Of a stretch of 64,000 nucleotides of DNA, positions 40,519-51,709 are shown one piece after another. How positions within the stretch are numbered: position 1 is the first letter of the stretch; each line of letters starts with the position of its first letter. This DNA is from Vicugna vicugna (taxonomy: Eukaryota), in assembly GCA_013265495.1 (NCBI GenBank), contig MU058198.1:3980419-4044418 (forward strand). Direction: 5' to 3'. The position numbers were made by a program, and so were the translations under genes. The notes below the pieces were generated by a model that was not told the origin of the DNA, did no database searches, and worked only from the letters and a program-made list of their open reading frames with translations.

Positions 40519-42587
40519 GTATATATACATATATATATTCTTGAAAGTATTAATCTTTTTCTAACATATCTTTTTTAATGTGGAACAATTGTTTTAAAAG
40601 GGGTTGGGGGAGGAGATATTTGGCAAAAACATTGTACATATTATTACTATCCTGTAAAGAGTAGTTGCTGTTTTGAAAAGATAGGGGGAGTATTTTGTCA
40701 GCCTCACCATAATGTTGGAGTGTTGTTCATCTTCAAGACAGAAGAAACACATGAAGCTACACTTGCTTTTTTCCCTCATACATTTTGTTTAATTATACAT
40801 TGGAAACTAACAAATTTCTGGAGGAATTCCCTGGTTTTGGCTGTAAATTATGTGGACTTTCTTTAAGCAGCCAAAATAGAAACTTTCCTTTACATGGACG
40901 ATTGCGTGGTTATTTCTTGAATATCTGAATTGATCCCATGAAGGTCAACATTTTAAATGTGATGCAATTGTTTCTTTATGCTATAGACTTGTAGTCTGTC
41001 TGCATTAGAAAAAGTTTTAAACAATCTAATTTGTTTGAACACAGACTACGTGAATTGTGTAAATGTATAAAGTTGTTTGCAGGAATATACCAATGTGTAT
41101 GTTTGGCAGAGGGGCAAGTTGTTACCTCCTGAAATCATTGTATATGCCATGTTTTTGCGATAAGATTGCTTGCAATTTTCTGCTCAACAATGTGTACCTT
41201 TTGTTTGGGAAAGCACTAGTGATGGATTACTTTTTAGAACGATAGACTTCGTTTGCAAATCAAGCCTTAAAAGAAGAGAGGCAGATATTACAGAATAGGC
41301 ATATTTTTGAGGGCCAAGAAGGAAGTTTTCTAGTTTTCCAAAAATGCTTTTTCCCCTGCTGTCAGAAATGTAAAACTAAATTTAGCAACCAAGGTTAATG
41401 AGTAGATGGTTTTTCCATTAGTGCTGTCCCTGTCTTGTCCTTGGCTTTGTTACAGGTCTCATTCTTATCCCTAGAATGTATCCCCACAAATGTCCTAGTA
41501 ACAAATAGAGCTTTTTAAGCTCCTGTTGTGGGAAAACTAAACATTAAAGTTGATTCTAAAACATAAAGTGGGCTAAAACCAATCTATAATTTTTTAATGC
41601 AAAGTGGTTTAGCATAGAGTTAACATCTCTAGCAGTTTGTAGTTCATTGTTTTAATTCTTATGTACTGTAAGGAACATATTTGAGTTTTTGGTCTATTCC
41701 TACGATTGTTTTTTTGTGGGAAGCAATTGGGGAGCTTTGGAGGTTTGGGGGATTTTTTTTTTTTTTAAGTATTTGTAAGTTAATGTTTGGGTTCAAACAA
41801 ATTAGTTGTTCAACATCTGTAATCCAGTTTTCTGTAAATGTTGCTGTTCTAAGCTCTGTTAATGTTAAGCATTCTTTGTATATACAATTACAATAAAATG
41901 TTAAAACTGGTTGCTTGTTTTGTGGATGAATGTAAAGACAAAACCCAGTGAATGGCTGGTATGAGTGCTAGATGCTTGAAAATTCAAGTTACTAGGACTC
42001 ACTCCCTTAGACCCTGCTTATATCTAGACTGTTGTATGTACTACTTTAAAAATGAAATTCGTAAGTCTTTGGAGAGTTGGATTTAAAATTTGCTCACTGC
42101 GTGTGCTTTGCACTTAATTTGAAATTTGACACCACTACCTAAAGAGCCTTCTGACTTTTGTATCTGCTGTGTAATATGTTCAGTTGTTCTACCTCCAATC
42201 CTGCCTCCAGGTTATATGCTTGACATTTGATGCTTAATGCTGTGACACTTGGATTATTTTAAGGTGTAAAAACATCAAGTGTTTCTCTCCTAACTTAATT
42301 TCAGTTTTTAACTCTTAGAAAAGTAGTATGCAAATCTAAATGTAAGGTACAAACAGGGTCTAAGGTTTGAGTGCCCCCCCAGAAAGACTTTTCTTCAGCC
42401 CTGTAGGCACCCAAACATCATGTAATGACCTAAGGAACTTCCAGTGCCTCTTCTAGGTTATACCTGTAAATAACTGTTTTTATGCAAGAGTAGATACTGC
42501 TCTTTACAGGATGCGTGGTGTTGTCTTTGGCTGTGTGGTCTTAAATGTGTTTCTAATGTGTGTGTCAAATAATTACCTGTTAAACAG

Positions 42588-42676
42588 ACTGCCAATCTGG
42601 CTGAAGCCAATGCTTCTGAAGAAGATAAAATTAAAGCAATGATGTCGCAATCTGGCCATGAATACGACCCAGTCAA
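42588..42676 (+). CDS. RBBP6: RBBP6 exon 5
   Basis: taaacag|TANLAEANASEEDKIKAMMSQSGHEYDPV|GTAAGT; 89 nt. Confidence 0.94.
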
Positions 42677-42797
42677 GTAAGTTCATAAATACTTTACGTA
42701 TATATGATAGGTACTTTGGGGTGGGTCATTTGCCCCCCACAAACCAAAAGCATGTTTTCAAATCTTTGTGTACATGTAATGTTTTTTTCCATTGCAG

Positions 42798-42894
42798 TTA
42801 CATGAAGAAACCTCTAGGTCCACCACCTCCATCTTACACGTGTTTCCGTTGTGGTAAACCTGGCCATTATATTAAGAATTGCCCAACGAATGGG
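42798..42894 (+). CDS. RBBP6: RBBP6 exon 6 (CCHC zinc knuckle)
   Basis: YMKKPLGPPPPSYTCFRCGKPGHYIKNCPTNG; ttgcag| and |GTAAGT; 97 nt. Confidence 0.96.
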
Positions 42895-43277
42895 GTAAGT
42901 TCCAAGTAGAAACTTACGATATACCTATTTTTCTTACAAGTTTTTCTTAGCCATATTATTTTTCTTGGTAAATACTGCTTTCTCTATTACAATGGCAAGT
43001 GAGCACAGCCTTTAGAGCCAAATTGCCAGGCTTCGAATGTTGACACTGCCACTTAATAGCTGAGTGAGCAAGTTACTTGGTTTCTCCAAGCCTGTTACTT
43101 CTTCTCTGTGAAATGAAGATAATAGTACTTACCTCACATGGCTCTTGTGAGGATTAAATGAGATGATATATGTAAAGCACTACAAATTACGTAAGTAGTT
43201 AGTAAGCACTGCGTGTTAGCTGATATTAAATAAAGATAACTGCTTTTTCTCTTCCTCTCTCCTTCCCATCCTTATAG

Positions 43278-43417
43278 GATAAGAACTTTGAATCTGGTCC
43301 TAGGATTAAAAAGAGCACTGGAATTCCCAGAAGTTTTATGATGGAAGTGAAAGATCCTAACATGAAAGGTGCAATGCTTACCAACACTGGAAAATACGCG
43401 ATACCAACTATAGACGC
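43278..43417 (+). CDS. RBBP6: RBBP6 exon 7
   Basis: DKNFESGPRIKKSTGIPRSFMMEVKDPNMKGAMLTNTGKYAIPTID; cttatag| and |GTAAGT; 140 nt. Confidence 0.96.
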
Positions 43418-44169
43418 GTAAGTGTTCAAATTCGGTGTGGTCTATGGAGACTGCAGTCAGTCCAGGGTACAGTGTTTTATTTAACCTTAGGCTTGTCAGT
43501 TGGCTACTTGGATTCCTCATGAACCTGTATACCAAGACTGTTAGTCTTCACATGTTACATTTCTGTGTTAAGAGTGAAAGGCTGCAGTCTGCTCCATTTA
43601 AAGCAAATTTAAAATTGATTTGGGGGTTTTTGTTGCCAGTGAGTGCCACTTCCCTTGTGGTCTTCTTATTTTTCTTTTTCTGTCATCCCCTGCTTTCTTT
43701 CTCATTCACATACATACTCCAACATAATCTTACATGCTTTTTACATTTTTAAGTGAACAAGACAAATATCTTAAACTTTTTGAGAAACAAGAGGCTTAAG
43801 AATAAATATTCTTCACAATGTCAAGGCAAATTTAAGTGCCAGGATTAAAAAAACTACTGAAGTATCTTGAATAAGTTTGCATATACTGTGTGTCTTAAGA
43901 TTCTGAAATATGATTTATTTTATAAACCATTAGTTCAGATCAACTCCAGCTGTATAAGCTATACCTTAGTGCTTACTCTTAATGTGTTTTCAGATTTTAT
44001 TTTGTGAGCCAATTTTTAATGAAATGGATAGACATGAAAACCTAGTGGCATAGTTCAACTAGATAACTTTCCATTTTATCTGCTTTTCTTAATACATTTA
44101 ATTACCATTTTGATAACAGTTGCAAACTCACACAGTATGCAACATAATATTAAATGTTCCTTTGGACTA

Positions 44170-44365
44170 CAGTTCTCTAACTTTGTGGTGCATAAGAATC
44201 TCTTGCAAAAGTGTGTTAAGTGATCTGGGTGCCCTGCCCACCCCTCCCACCATCTCAGGGATTATAATATGACAGGACTCTGATTCTGCATTTTTAACAA
44301 GTCCTCCAGGAGATTATAGGGTTAGGGGGTCCTCGGGACATAAACTGAGAAACACCAGTTTAGAG
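44170..44365. mobile_element. MER5-like hAT element in intron 7
   Basis: 'ttctgcatttttaacaag', 'tgagaaacac'. Confidence 0.65.
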
Positions 44366-46120
44366 AATAGATACCCGTGTTCTCAGTGACAAAATGTATG
44401 TTAAGAACAACTTCATGCTCTGTTGTCAAAATGTAGGGAGCAGGTAAGGACAGTGAAAATGGCTGTGCTATAGAATGATACTGAAAAAAGATTGTGTTTT
44501 TGAGTAGGTCCTTCAATAAATACATTGTTTTAGTTCACAGATAAGAATTAATGTTTTCCTAAACTCCCAACCCTGCTCACTTTCCCAACTTCACCCCCAT
44601 CTGTTTTTTATCAGTCCACCATCATGTGTTTTGTGGTTCATCATAGGGCAGTCTGTTGTTATGTTGTTTCTAGTTCAGACATTTCATACATGCTTGCAAA
44701 CAACTTTAGGTTGAAATTGATGGCTTTGACAGCCACAGTTTAAGAGCAGACCGCTTCATCTTAATAGAATAATGTATAGATGTAAAAGTGTTTAAATAAA
44801 AATTTGTGTTGGAAAAGTTAACATCACCTGTGAACCCTTACTAATAATTAACGTCATTGTTTTTGAATACTAAAATACAAAAGCCCTTTTGTGCCAGACA
44901 CACAGCAAGTATTGGGGAAAATGGGAACCCAAATATTTTAAATGAAACTTTCACCCTCTCCACTAACACCACTGATAAGCAACTCAGACTCTTCTTCTGT
45001 TTCTTTTTCTATCCTCTGTTCTCCTCTTTTTTTTTTTTTTCTTTTTTTCTTTTCTCTCTTTTGGGCAGTGGGAGACTCCTCTTTCACAAATTGGGAACAG
45101 TGGGGCATAAGCAAATTGATACTTATTTCTGGAATCGTGGTGATGTCTATGGAGCAACTGCAACACAAATAACACACCTAAGGTACCCTGCTCTGTCCAG
45201 ATGAGATTCTTTCATTTGCAGCATTGAGATGAACACACTCTGTTCCTAAATGAAATAGAAAGGATTTCTGTAGGAATTCCTGTGTTTTACAGATGTGCCT
45301 GACTACAGAGAAGATGGGGGTGTTGGAAGCAGTGGTGATAAGTCTGAGAATAGCACATTTTGTTTTTTGTTTTTATATTTAACACCCAACATTTCTGCAG
45401 AATACATTTCTTCAAAAAAAAAGACCCCAAATGTCTAAGGTGTTAATTTATATTTTTAATGCATATTCTAATTATTTGTCTTTAATATTTCTTAATTGAC
45501 TGTAAATAGATTAATCTCTCTTTTAAAATGTTAAATATGAGTAGACCATTGGCTTTGAAGTCTAATTCTGGCTACCAACTATTGGTGTGATAGTGACGTA
45601 TTGCCCTTGAATTATCCCCTTTAATTATGTAATGTTTGTGTCAGTTTTAGTTTCCCATGTTGTGTCATTCACACTAGTACCTTCACAGGTTTTGGGGACT
45701 TAGACTGTGGAGGAGAAATTTTTTTTCCCCCCAAGAACGTGGTAGGCTAGAGAAGATTGTGATTAGGGTGTTGTCATGGCTTGTTTCAAATCCTGTCTCT
45801 GTCATTTAAGTAACTTTGTGGCACTGAACGTGTCGCTTTATCTCTCTGGCTCTTAGTTCTTGGAGTTACAAATTCTAAGATTCTTTTAGCCATTTTTTTA
45901 ACCTTTTTTTTTTCTTTTTCTTTTTTGTTATACTTGTTTAGGATTTTGTTCAAGGGAGGATGTTCATAATTGCTCCCTATTTTGGAAGGCACTACACTTG
46001 TATAAACTAATTTGGCATCGTACTGAGTTATAACTTCCCATTATGGTATAGTAGAACATATAAACATCTTAGAAATACTTTGCCTTAACAGTGTTAAAAC
46101 ATGAAAACCTTCTTTTACAG

Positions 46121-46293
46121 AGAAGCATATGCAATTGGGAAGAAAGAAAAACCGCCTTTTTTACCAGAGGAACCATCATCTTCTTCAGAAGAAGATGATC
46201 CTATCCCAGATGAACTGTTGTGTCTCATCTGCAAAGATATTATGACTGATGCTGTTGTCATTCCCTGCTGTGGAAACAGTTACTGTGATGAAT
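46121..46293 (+). CDS. RBBP6: RBBP6 exon 8 (RING, first half)
   Basis: EAYAIGKKEKPPF...ELLCLICKDIMTDAVVIPCCGNSYCDE; ttttacag| and |GTAAGA; 173 nt. Confidence 0.96.
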
Positions 46294-47468
46294 GTAAGAA
46301 GCTACTTATCTTAGAGTATGTGTGTTTCCTTGGAAAGGCTCTTAGCAGTATTGTGTATTTTAATAACAAGAACTCTGTTTTTGTTGCTACTTTCTTTTTT
46401 AAACAACAGCCTCTTTGTCCTTTTACATATTAGAATTGACTGCCTCCTTTACCTTCAGCAGGGTAATATGACTGAGGTTTTATAAAACATGGGATTTTTG
46501 TTTCCTATATATTTTAAATGGTATACAGAATTTAAAAGCCATTTGGGCCTTAGATATTCCAGATATATTTTTAAATGATACCCAAATCCCTTTCCAAGGC
46601 TATGAAAAATAGGTTATTCTGAAATTCCTAAGTGTGATTGAGAACTGCTCTCTGTAAACATATTACCCAGAATTTGCCATGGAGTTACTTGTGAGTTTTT
46701 TCTCTAGTCATTTATATTAGTACTTGAGTTTTTTTTCTGCCACTTATCTTAAGTCTGTCCCTTCTTACCCAGATGAAAATGATGTCCTCTGAAAATTTCA
46801 TTGCTCAGTCCTGCTCTGGTCTTTTTCATTTCTAAAAGATAGTTTTCGAATAGAAATCTTTGTTTTGGGACCTCTTCAGTGAAGACCAAAGTCAAGAAGA
46901 GGTCACTTATGACTTGTTTCAGTGTGTGTCTTGTATTTAACAAACAACTAATTACTGAATTTTTTTTTTTTGACTACACTGGAGCATAATCAGTGCATCT
47001 GTAATTTAGTGTGTTTTCTTACCTGCTGTGCTATATAGATGTTTCTAATTTCCTTGCCTGAATAATGCTTCTTTTATTTATAATGCTCTTTTCTAGTAAT
47101 GCCTCTCTTAAAAACCCTGTGTTGGCCATATAAAGTTTTTGTCTCTTTCTAGACTATCTCTATTTCAATTTTTTTTCCCTATAATCCAGTTACTAGCTAA
47201 ACAAGGAGAATAGTATTTGAGAAAGAGCATCTTTTCTCAATTTAAATGCTTAAATTATATCCATGCCGTCTGTGTATAAGGTAGAGAGAAATTAGAGTGG
47301 AGGAGTGCTAATCAGGCAAGAAATTGTAAGTTTCTGAATCTAAGTATAGAAATTAGTGATGTGTGCTTGGAAAACAGTACTGTAACTGAAGACATGTAAG
47401 CTTTTTAACTCACCCTAAAAACTGAGTCCCTACTATGCTTTTCTTAATATTTAAAATCTTATACATAG

Positions 47469-47572
47469 GTATAAGAACAGCACTGTTGGAATCAGATGAA
47501 CATACATGTCCAACGTGTCATCAAAACGATGTCTCTCCAGATGCTTTAATCGCCAATAAGTTCTTAAGACAG
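47469..47572 (+). CDS. RBBP6: RBBP6 exon 9 (RING, second half)
   Basis: CIRTALLESDEHTCPTCHQNDVSPDALIANKFLRQ; catag| and CAG|GTAGCT; 104 nt. Confidence 0.95.
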
Positions 47573-47695
47573 GTAGCTAATGTATTTGTATCCCTTTTTA
47601 TGAAAAAAAATTTTTTTAATCTTTTAATTGATTTAACTGTACTTGAGTAAATAATACATTACATTTTTCTGCATTTTTATGTTTGGTGTTTGTAG

Positions 47696-48033
47696 GCTGT
47701 TAATAACTTCAAAAATGAAACCGGTTATACGAAAAGACTAAGAAAACAGTTACCCCCACCCCCACCCCCAATACCACCTCCAAGACCACTCATTCAGCGG
47801 AACCTACAACCTTTGATGAGATCTCCAATATCAAGACAACAAGATCCTCTGATGATTCCAGTGACTTCTTCTTCAACTCACCCGGCTCCCTCTATATCCT
47901 CATTGACTTCTAATCAGTCTTCTTTGGCCCCTCCTGTGCCTGGAAATCCATCTTCTGCCCCAGCCCCTGTACCCGACATAACTGCAACAGTCTCCATATC
48001 AGTCCACTCAGAAAAGTCAGATGGGCCTTTCCG
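47696..48033 (+). CDS. RBBP6: RBBP6 exon 10 (Pro-rich)
   Basis: AVNNFKNETGYTKRLRKQLPPPPPPIPPPRP...EKSDGPF; tgtag| and |GTAAGT; 338 nt. Confidence 0.95.
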
Positions 48034-49294
48034 GTAAGTCTGTGTACAGTTCTCCCCGTTAGGAAAGGCGAGATCAGGGCTGTAGTTCTTAGTGTGTGCC
48101 GCTTCAGCGGCTGTCGTAGTGGCCTGCACTACGTAGTGTGCTCGCAGAACCATTCTGCTCGGCAAGGTGGGTGACTTAGGAGAAGTGGCGTAGTCTTCCT
48201 GGAGGAGCAGGCAAATGAAGGAGGTTCATGTGCAAATGATTAAGCATCCCAAGGTCAAAAACTATACAAATCGCCATCAACCCCTGTTACATGTTGAGTC
48301 ACATCACATAACAGCTCTGCAGTTCACAGGAGGGAGAATTCAGTTCTGGTTACAATGATGGAATTAGGAAACAAAGCAGTAGGTTTGGGCAGGACTCAGA
48401 GCAATTTAGATAGAGAGGAGGGGATGAACACTGGTAGAGGCAGAGCGGTCAGAAATAATCATTGTTTTGGAGCATGATTATGTAGGAGAGTCGTGAAAAC
48501 TCGGTAAAATCCCACCACTCCTGAAATGAAAGGGACCTTTGACTGTATAGTCCAGTGGCTCATAAAGTCTTAAAAAAATTAACTAACTTTTGAAAAATAG
48601 TGCCAGGAGTTGGTTCCAGAGGCAGAATCTTCAGGAGTAGGACCTTTACAAGAAACGCCACTGACGTGCTTCAGCCTTCCGTTTGATTCGTAGTGGGAAC
48701 AGGTCCCACAAAGGTCGCTGAGTTACCTAAGACTTTGATTTAGTGGTCGAGCTGGAAGTAGAGTTTACTCTTTCTCTTTTTTTGTCTGTTTTCTGGGGCT
48801 TTTTGGTTCACAACTTCTTTTCTTTTTCTTTTTTTTTAAGCTTTCCTAGTCTTAAAGCTGAACCAGTTTCTGTCACATCTATCACAGACAGTACTTTTTA
48901 AGGAGGTTCCTTCACTTACACGTGAGGAATCCTTCAGAAGTGCAGTCCTCTCTCGCTTTTCTCAGATGTTTCCACCGTCCTTAATTTAACTCATCTTAAT
49001 GCAGGTTTGCTGGATAAACAGAGTTAGTAACAGCAGGATGTGATTTTTACTTTTTTTCTTTGATAATTCTTACCTACTCCATGCGAAAGGAAACCTTATA
49101 GTCCTTTTATCACAGGTTATATACATTCCTGAAACAAGAATATTTGTGCAATGTAGACATTTTCTTCAGATCTGTTGTTTTTTCTAACTTTGCAGGTATT
49201 ATAGAGGCCTCTTAAATACGACTCAATCTTTGTAGCATGGAATTTTCTTTTTTTTCCAAAAAATAGGGAAAATGTTGTCATTGATTGCCTGTGT

Positions 49295-49635
49295 ATTTTT
49301 TCCAGCTTTATGGAGAAATAATTGACATTGTAATATATGTAAATCGAACCATCACTGTATACATTTAAGGCACACAGCATGATGGTTCGATTTACATATA
49401 TTCTGAAATAATTACCACAGTAGGTTCAGCGAACATCCATCTTCTTACATAAATACAATAAAAAAGAAAAATTTTTTTTCTCTTGTGATGAGAAATCTTA
49501 GTGTCTGTGCTCTGCTACCCGCTTTCTCGTATACCATAGCGCAGCGTTGGCTGCCGTCGTCCTGTGGTACGTTACTTCCTGAGGCCTTACGTATCTTACG
49601 TAGTTGGAAGCTTGTGCCTTTGGTCCTCCGTTTCT
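49295..49635 (-). mobile_element. L1 3'-end fragment (antisense) in intron 10
   Basis: 'ttttttccagctttatggagaaataattgaca...ttgtgatgagaa' is typical of an antisense L1 3' UTR. Confidence 0.75.
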
Positions 49636-49675
49636 GACAACACGTTCATGTACTGTAAATTACATTACTTTCCAG

Positions 49676-49772
49676 GGATCCTGATAATAAAATACTGCCA
49701 GCGGCGGCGCTTGCATCAGAACATTCAAAGGGGGCCTCTTCAATCGCAATCACTGCTCTTATGGAAGAGAAG
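49676..49772 (+). CDS. RBBP6: RBBP6 exon 11
   Basis: DPDNKILPAAALASEHSKGASSIAITALMEEK; tttccag| and |GTAGGT; 97 nt. Confidence 0.94.
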
Positions 49773-49880
49773 GTAGGTTTTACTGGCTTTTAAACTAAGA
49801 GATTTTTTTTTTTATTGCAGTAGAGTTGTTTGTTTGTTTGTTTGTTTTTAACTATTCCCCTTTTGTGCTTTTTCCTAAAG

Positions 49881-49959
49881 GGTTATCAGGTGCCTGTACT
49901 TGGAACCCCATCTTTGCTTGGACAGTCATTACTGCATGGACAATTGATCCCCACAACTG
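49881..49959 (+). CDS. RBBP6: RBBP6 exon 12
   Basis: GYQVPVLGTPSLLGQSLLHGQLIPTT; cctaaag| and |GTGAGT; 79 nt. Confidence 0.94.
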
Positions 49960-50073
49960 GTGAGTAAAATCATTTTGGTTTGAACTTTGTTTTCCTTAAA
50001 AAAAATAATATTAACTTTATTTAACATGTGCTTTTATATTTACTTACTGTTTTTGTTTATTTTTGTTTCCAAG

Positions 50074-50128
50074 GTCCAGTAAGAATAAACACTGCTCGTC
50101 CTGGTGGTGGTCGACCAGGTTGGGAACA
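50074..50128 (+). CDS. RBBP6: RBBP6 exon 13
   Basis: GPVRINTARPGGGRPGWE; ttccaag| and |GTGAGT; 55 nt. Confidence 0.94.
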
Positions 50129-50625
50129 GTGAGTATATGTTTAAAATAGTCTTAAGATGCTTGCTTTCTAGCTAGATAATGGAAATACAATCAACAGTGT
50201 ATTGCTGAGTGTCTTTCATTGTGAACTCTTTTATATGCTGTGTTAACATAGTTTTTATGTAAAATGTCACAAATTCAAGACTATATGAGGAATTATTTTC
50301 TAAAAGAATGATGAGTAATTCTTTTCTAAAATAATAAAATATAAACTCTTATAAATTCTTTTTACTTTTATGACTTAACAAATGGTGATCTTGTCAGGAT
50401 CTCAGTTAAGAAACAGATAAAAATTACTTGAAAGAATATTCTAAATACTGAATCAGTTATTATCCTAGTAGATTAAAGTTTTTCCTATCTTTAATTTGGA
50501 TTTTCAGAATTTGATTTGAGTAAATAAACACGTACTAAGGTTAAAGGCTACCAAACACAAAATTTCTCATTTTGAATAGCTTTGAATAATGAAATTTGAT
50601 TGCATATTAAAATCTACAGGGTATG

Positions 50626-50705
50626 GGAGACCCTGCTTTCTGAAAAATCCTCAGTGTTACCCTTACTGCAAGTAATAAATCCTTCCTTCTCCTGAAAAAA
50701 AAAAA
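50626..50705 (+). mobile_element. Short polyadenylated ERV-LTR retrocopy with 17-bp TSD
   Basis: TSD AAAATCTAYAGGGTATG at 50609-50625 and 50706-50722; AATAAA at 50674-50679; A tail from 50695. Confidence 0.8.
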
Positions 50706-51431
50706 AAAATCTATAGGGTATGATTTTTCTGCCCTGAAGTACTGAGAACTTTGATTTTCTATAGGATGTTCTATGCATTAAAAATCAGATATATTTATTG
50801 TTTTTAAACAATTATTTCTGTTTACATAACCCATATTAATATTATATAAACTGGCTTATATTCTAAAACTTGAATCTTTTTGTAAGATAAACCAAACTTC
50901 TTGCAGAAAGTATGTTAATTGAGAGACTAGCAGAATATATCAGTAGGAGGAAGACGACAGGATTTGGAAACAGACCTGGGTTTGAATCCCAGATCCTGCA
51001 TTTACTGGCCAAATGACAGTGTCTGTGTGACTTGACTTCTCAGCCTCCATTGCCTCATCTGTAGAGTTGGAATGGTGTTACTCACCTCACATGTCAACGC
51101 CCCACGTAGTACCCATCAGATAAAAGGGCTCTCTTCCTTTTCTATAACAATAAGTTAAACAGAGTAACTTACAGAATGCTAATTAAAATATAACATTACA
51201 TAAAATATATATTGAGGTTTAATTATTGTTTATTATACATTAATAAGAAAAATATTTAATTTTAAGTAAATGTAATGCTTGCTCGTATCTCCTCTGTCTG
51301 GAACGAGTTTAAGAATCAGGATCGGGGGTAAGGGAAAATTTTCAGAATAGTTTTAGAATACGTATCCTAAAGTCTATGCACAGAAAGTTCTTGGATTATA
51401 CTCAAGCCTTTTTTATCCTTTTTTCACACAG

Positions 51432-51500
51432 TTCCAACAAGCTTGGATATCTGGTTTCTCCACCACAGCAAATTAGAAGAGGGGAGAGGAGCTGCTACAG
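51432..51500 (+). CDS. RBBP6: RBBP6 exon 14
   Basis: SNKLGYLVSPPQQIRRGERSCY; cacacag| and |GTAGGC; 69 nt. Confidence 0.94.
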
Positions 51501-51709
51501 GTAGGCTCGCTAAAAATCTTGAAAAACAGTAATTTGATGACACACTGAAAAATACAACACAAATTCAAGCACAGCAGTGGCAGACGGAATGGATTCATTT
51601 GTTTTACACTTACCTCACTGAAGTCTTAAGTAGTTGCCCTTAAGAGACTTAGAAAAGAAGAGATTACATTTAGTATCTTAAATGATGATTTTTTTATATG
51701 AAAACTAAT

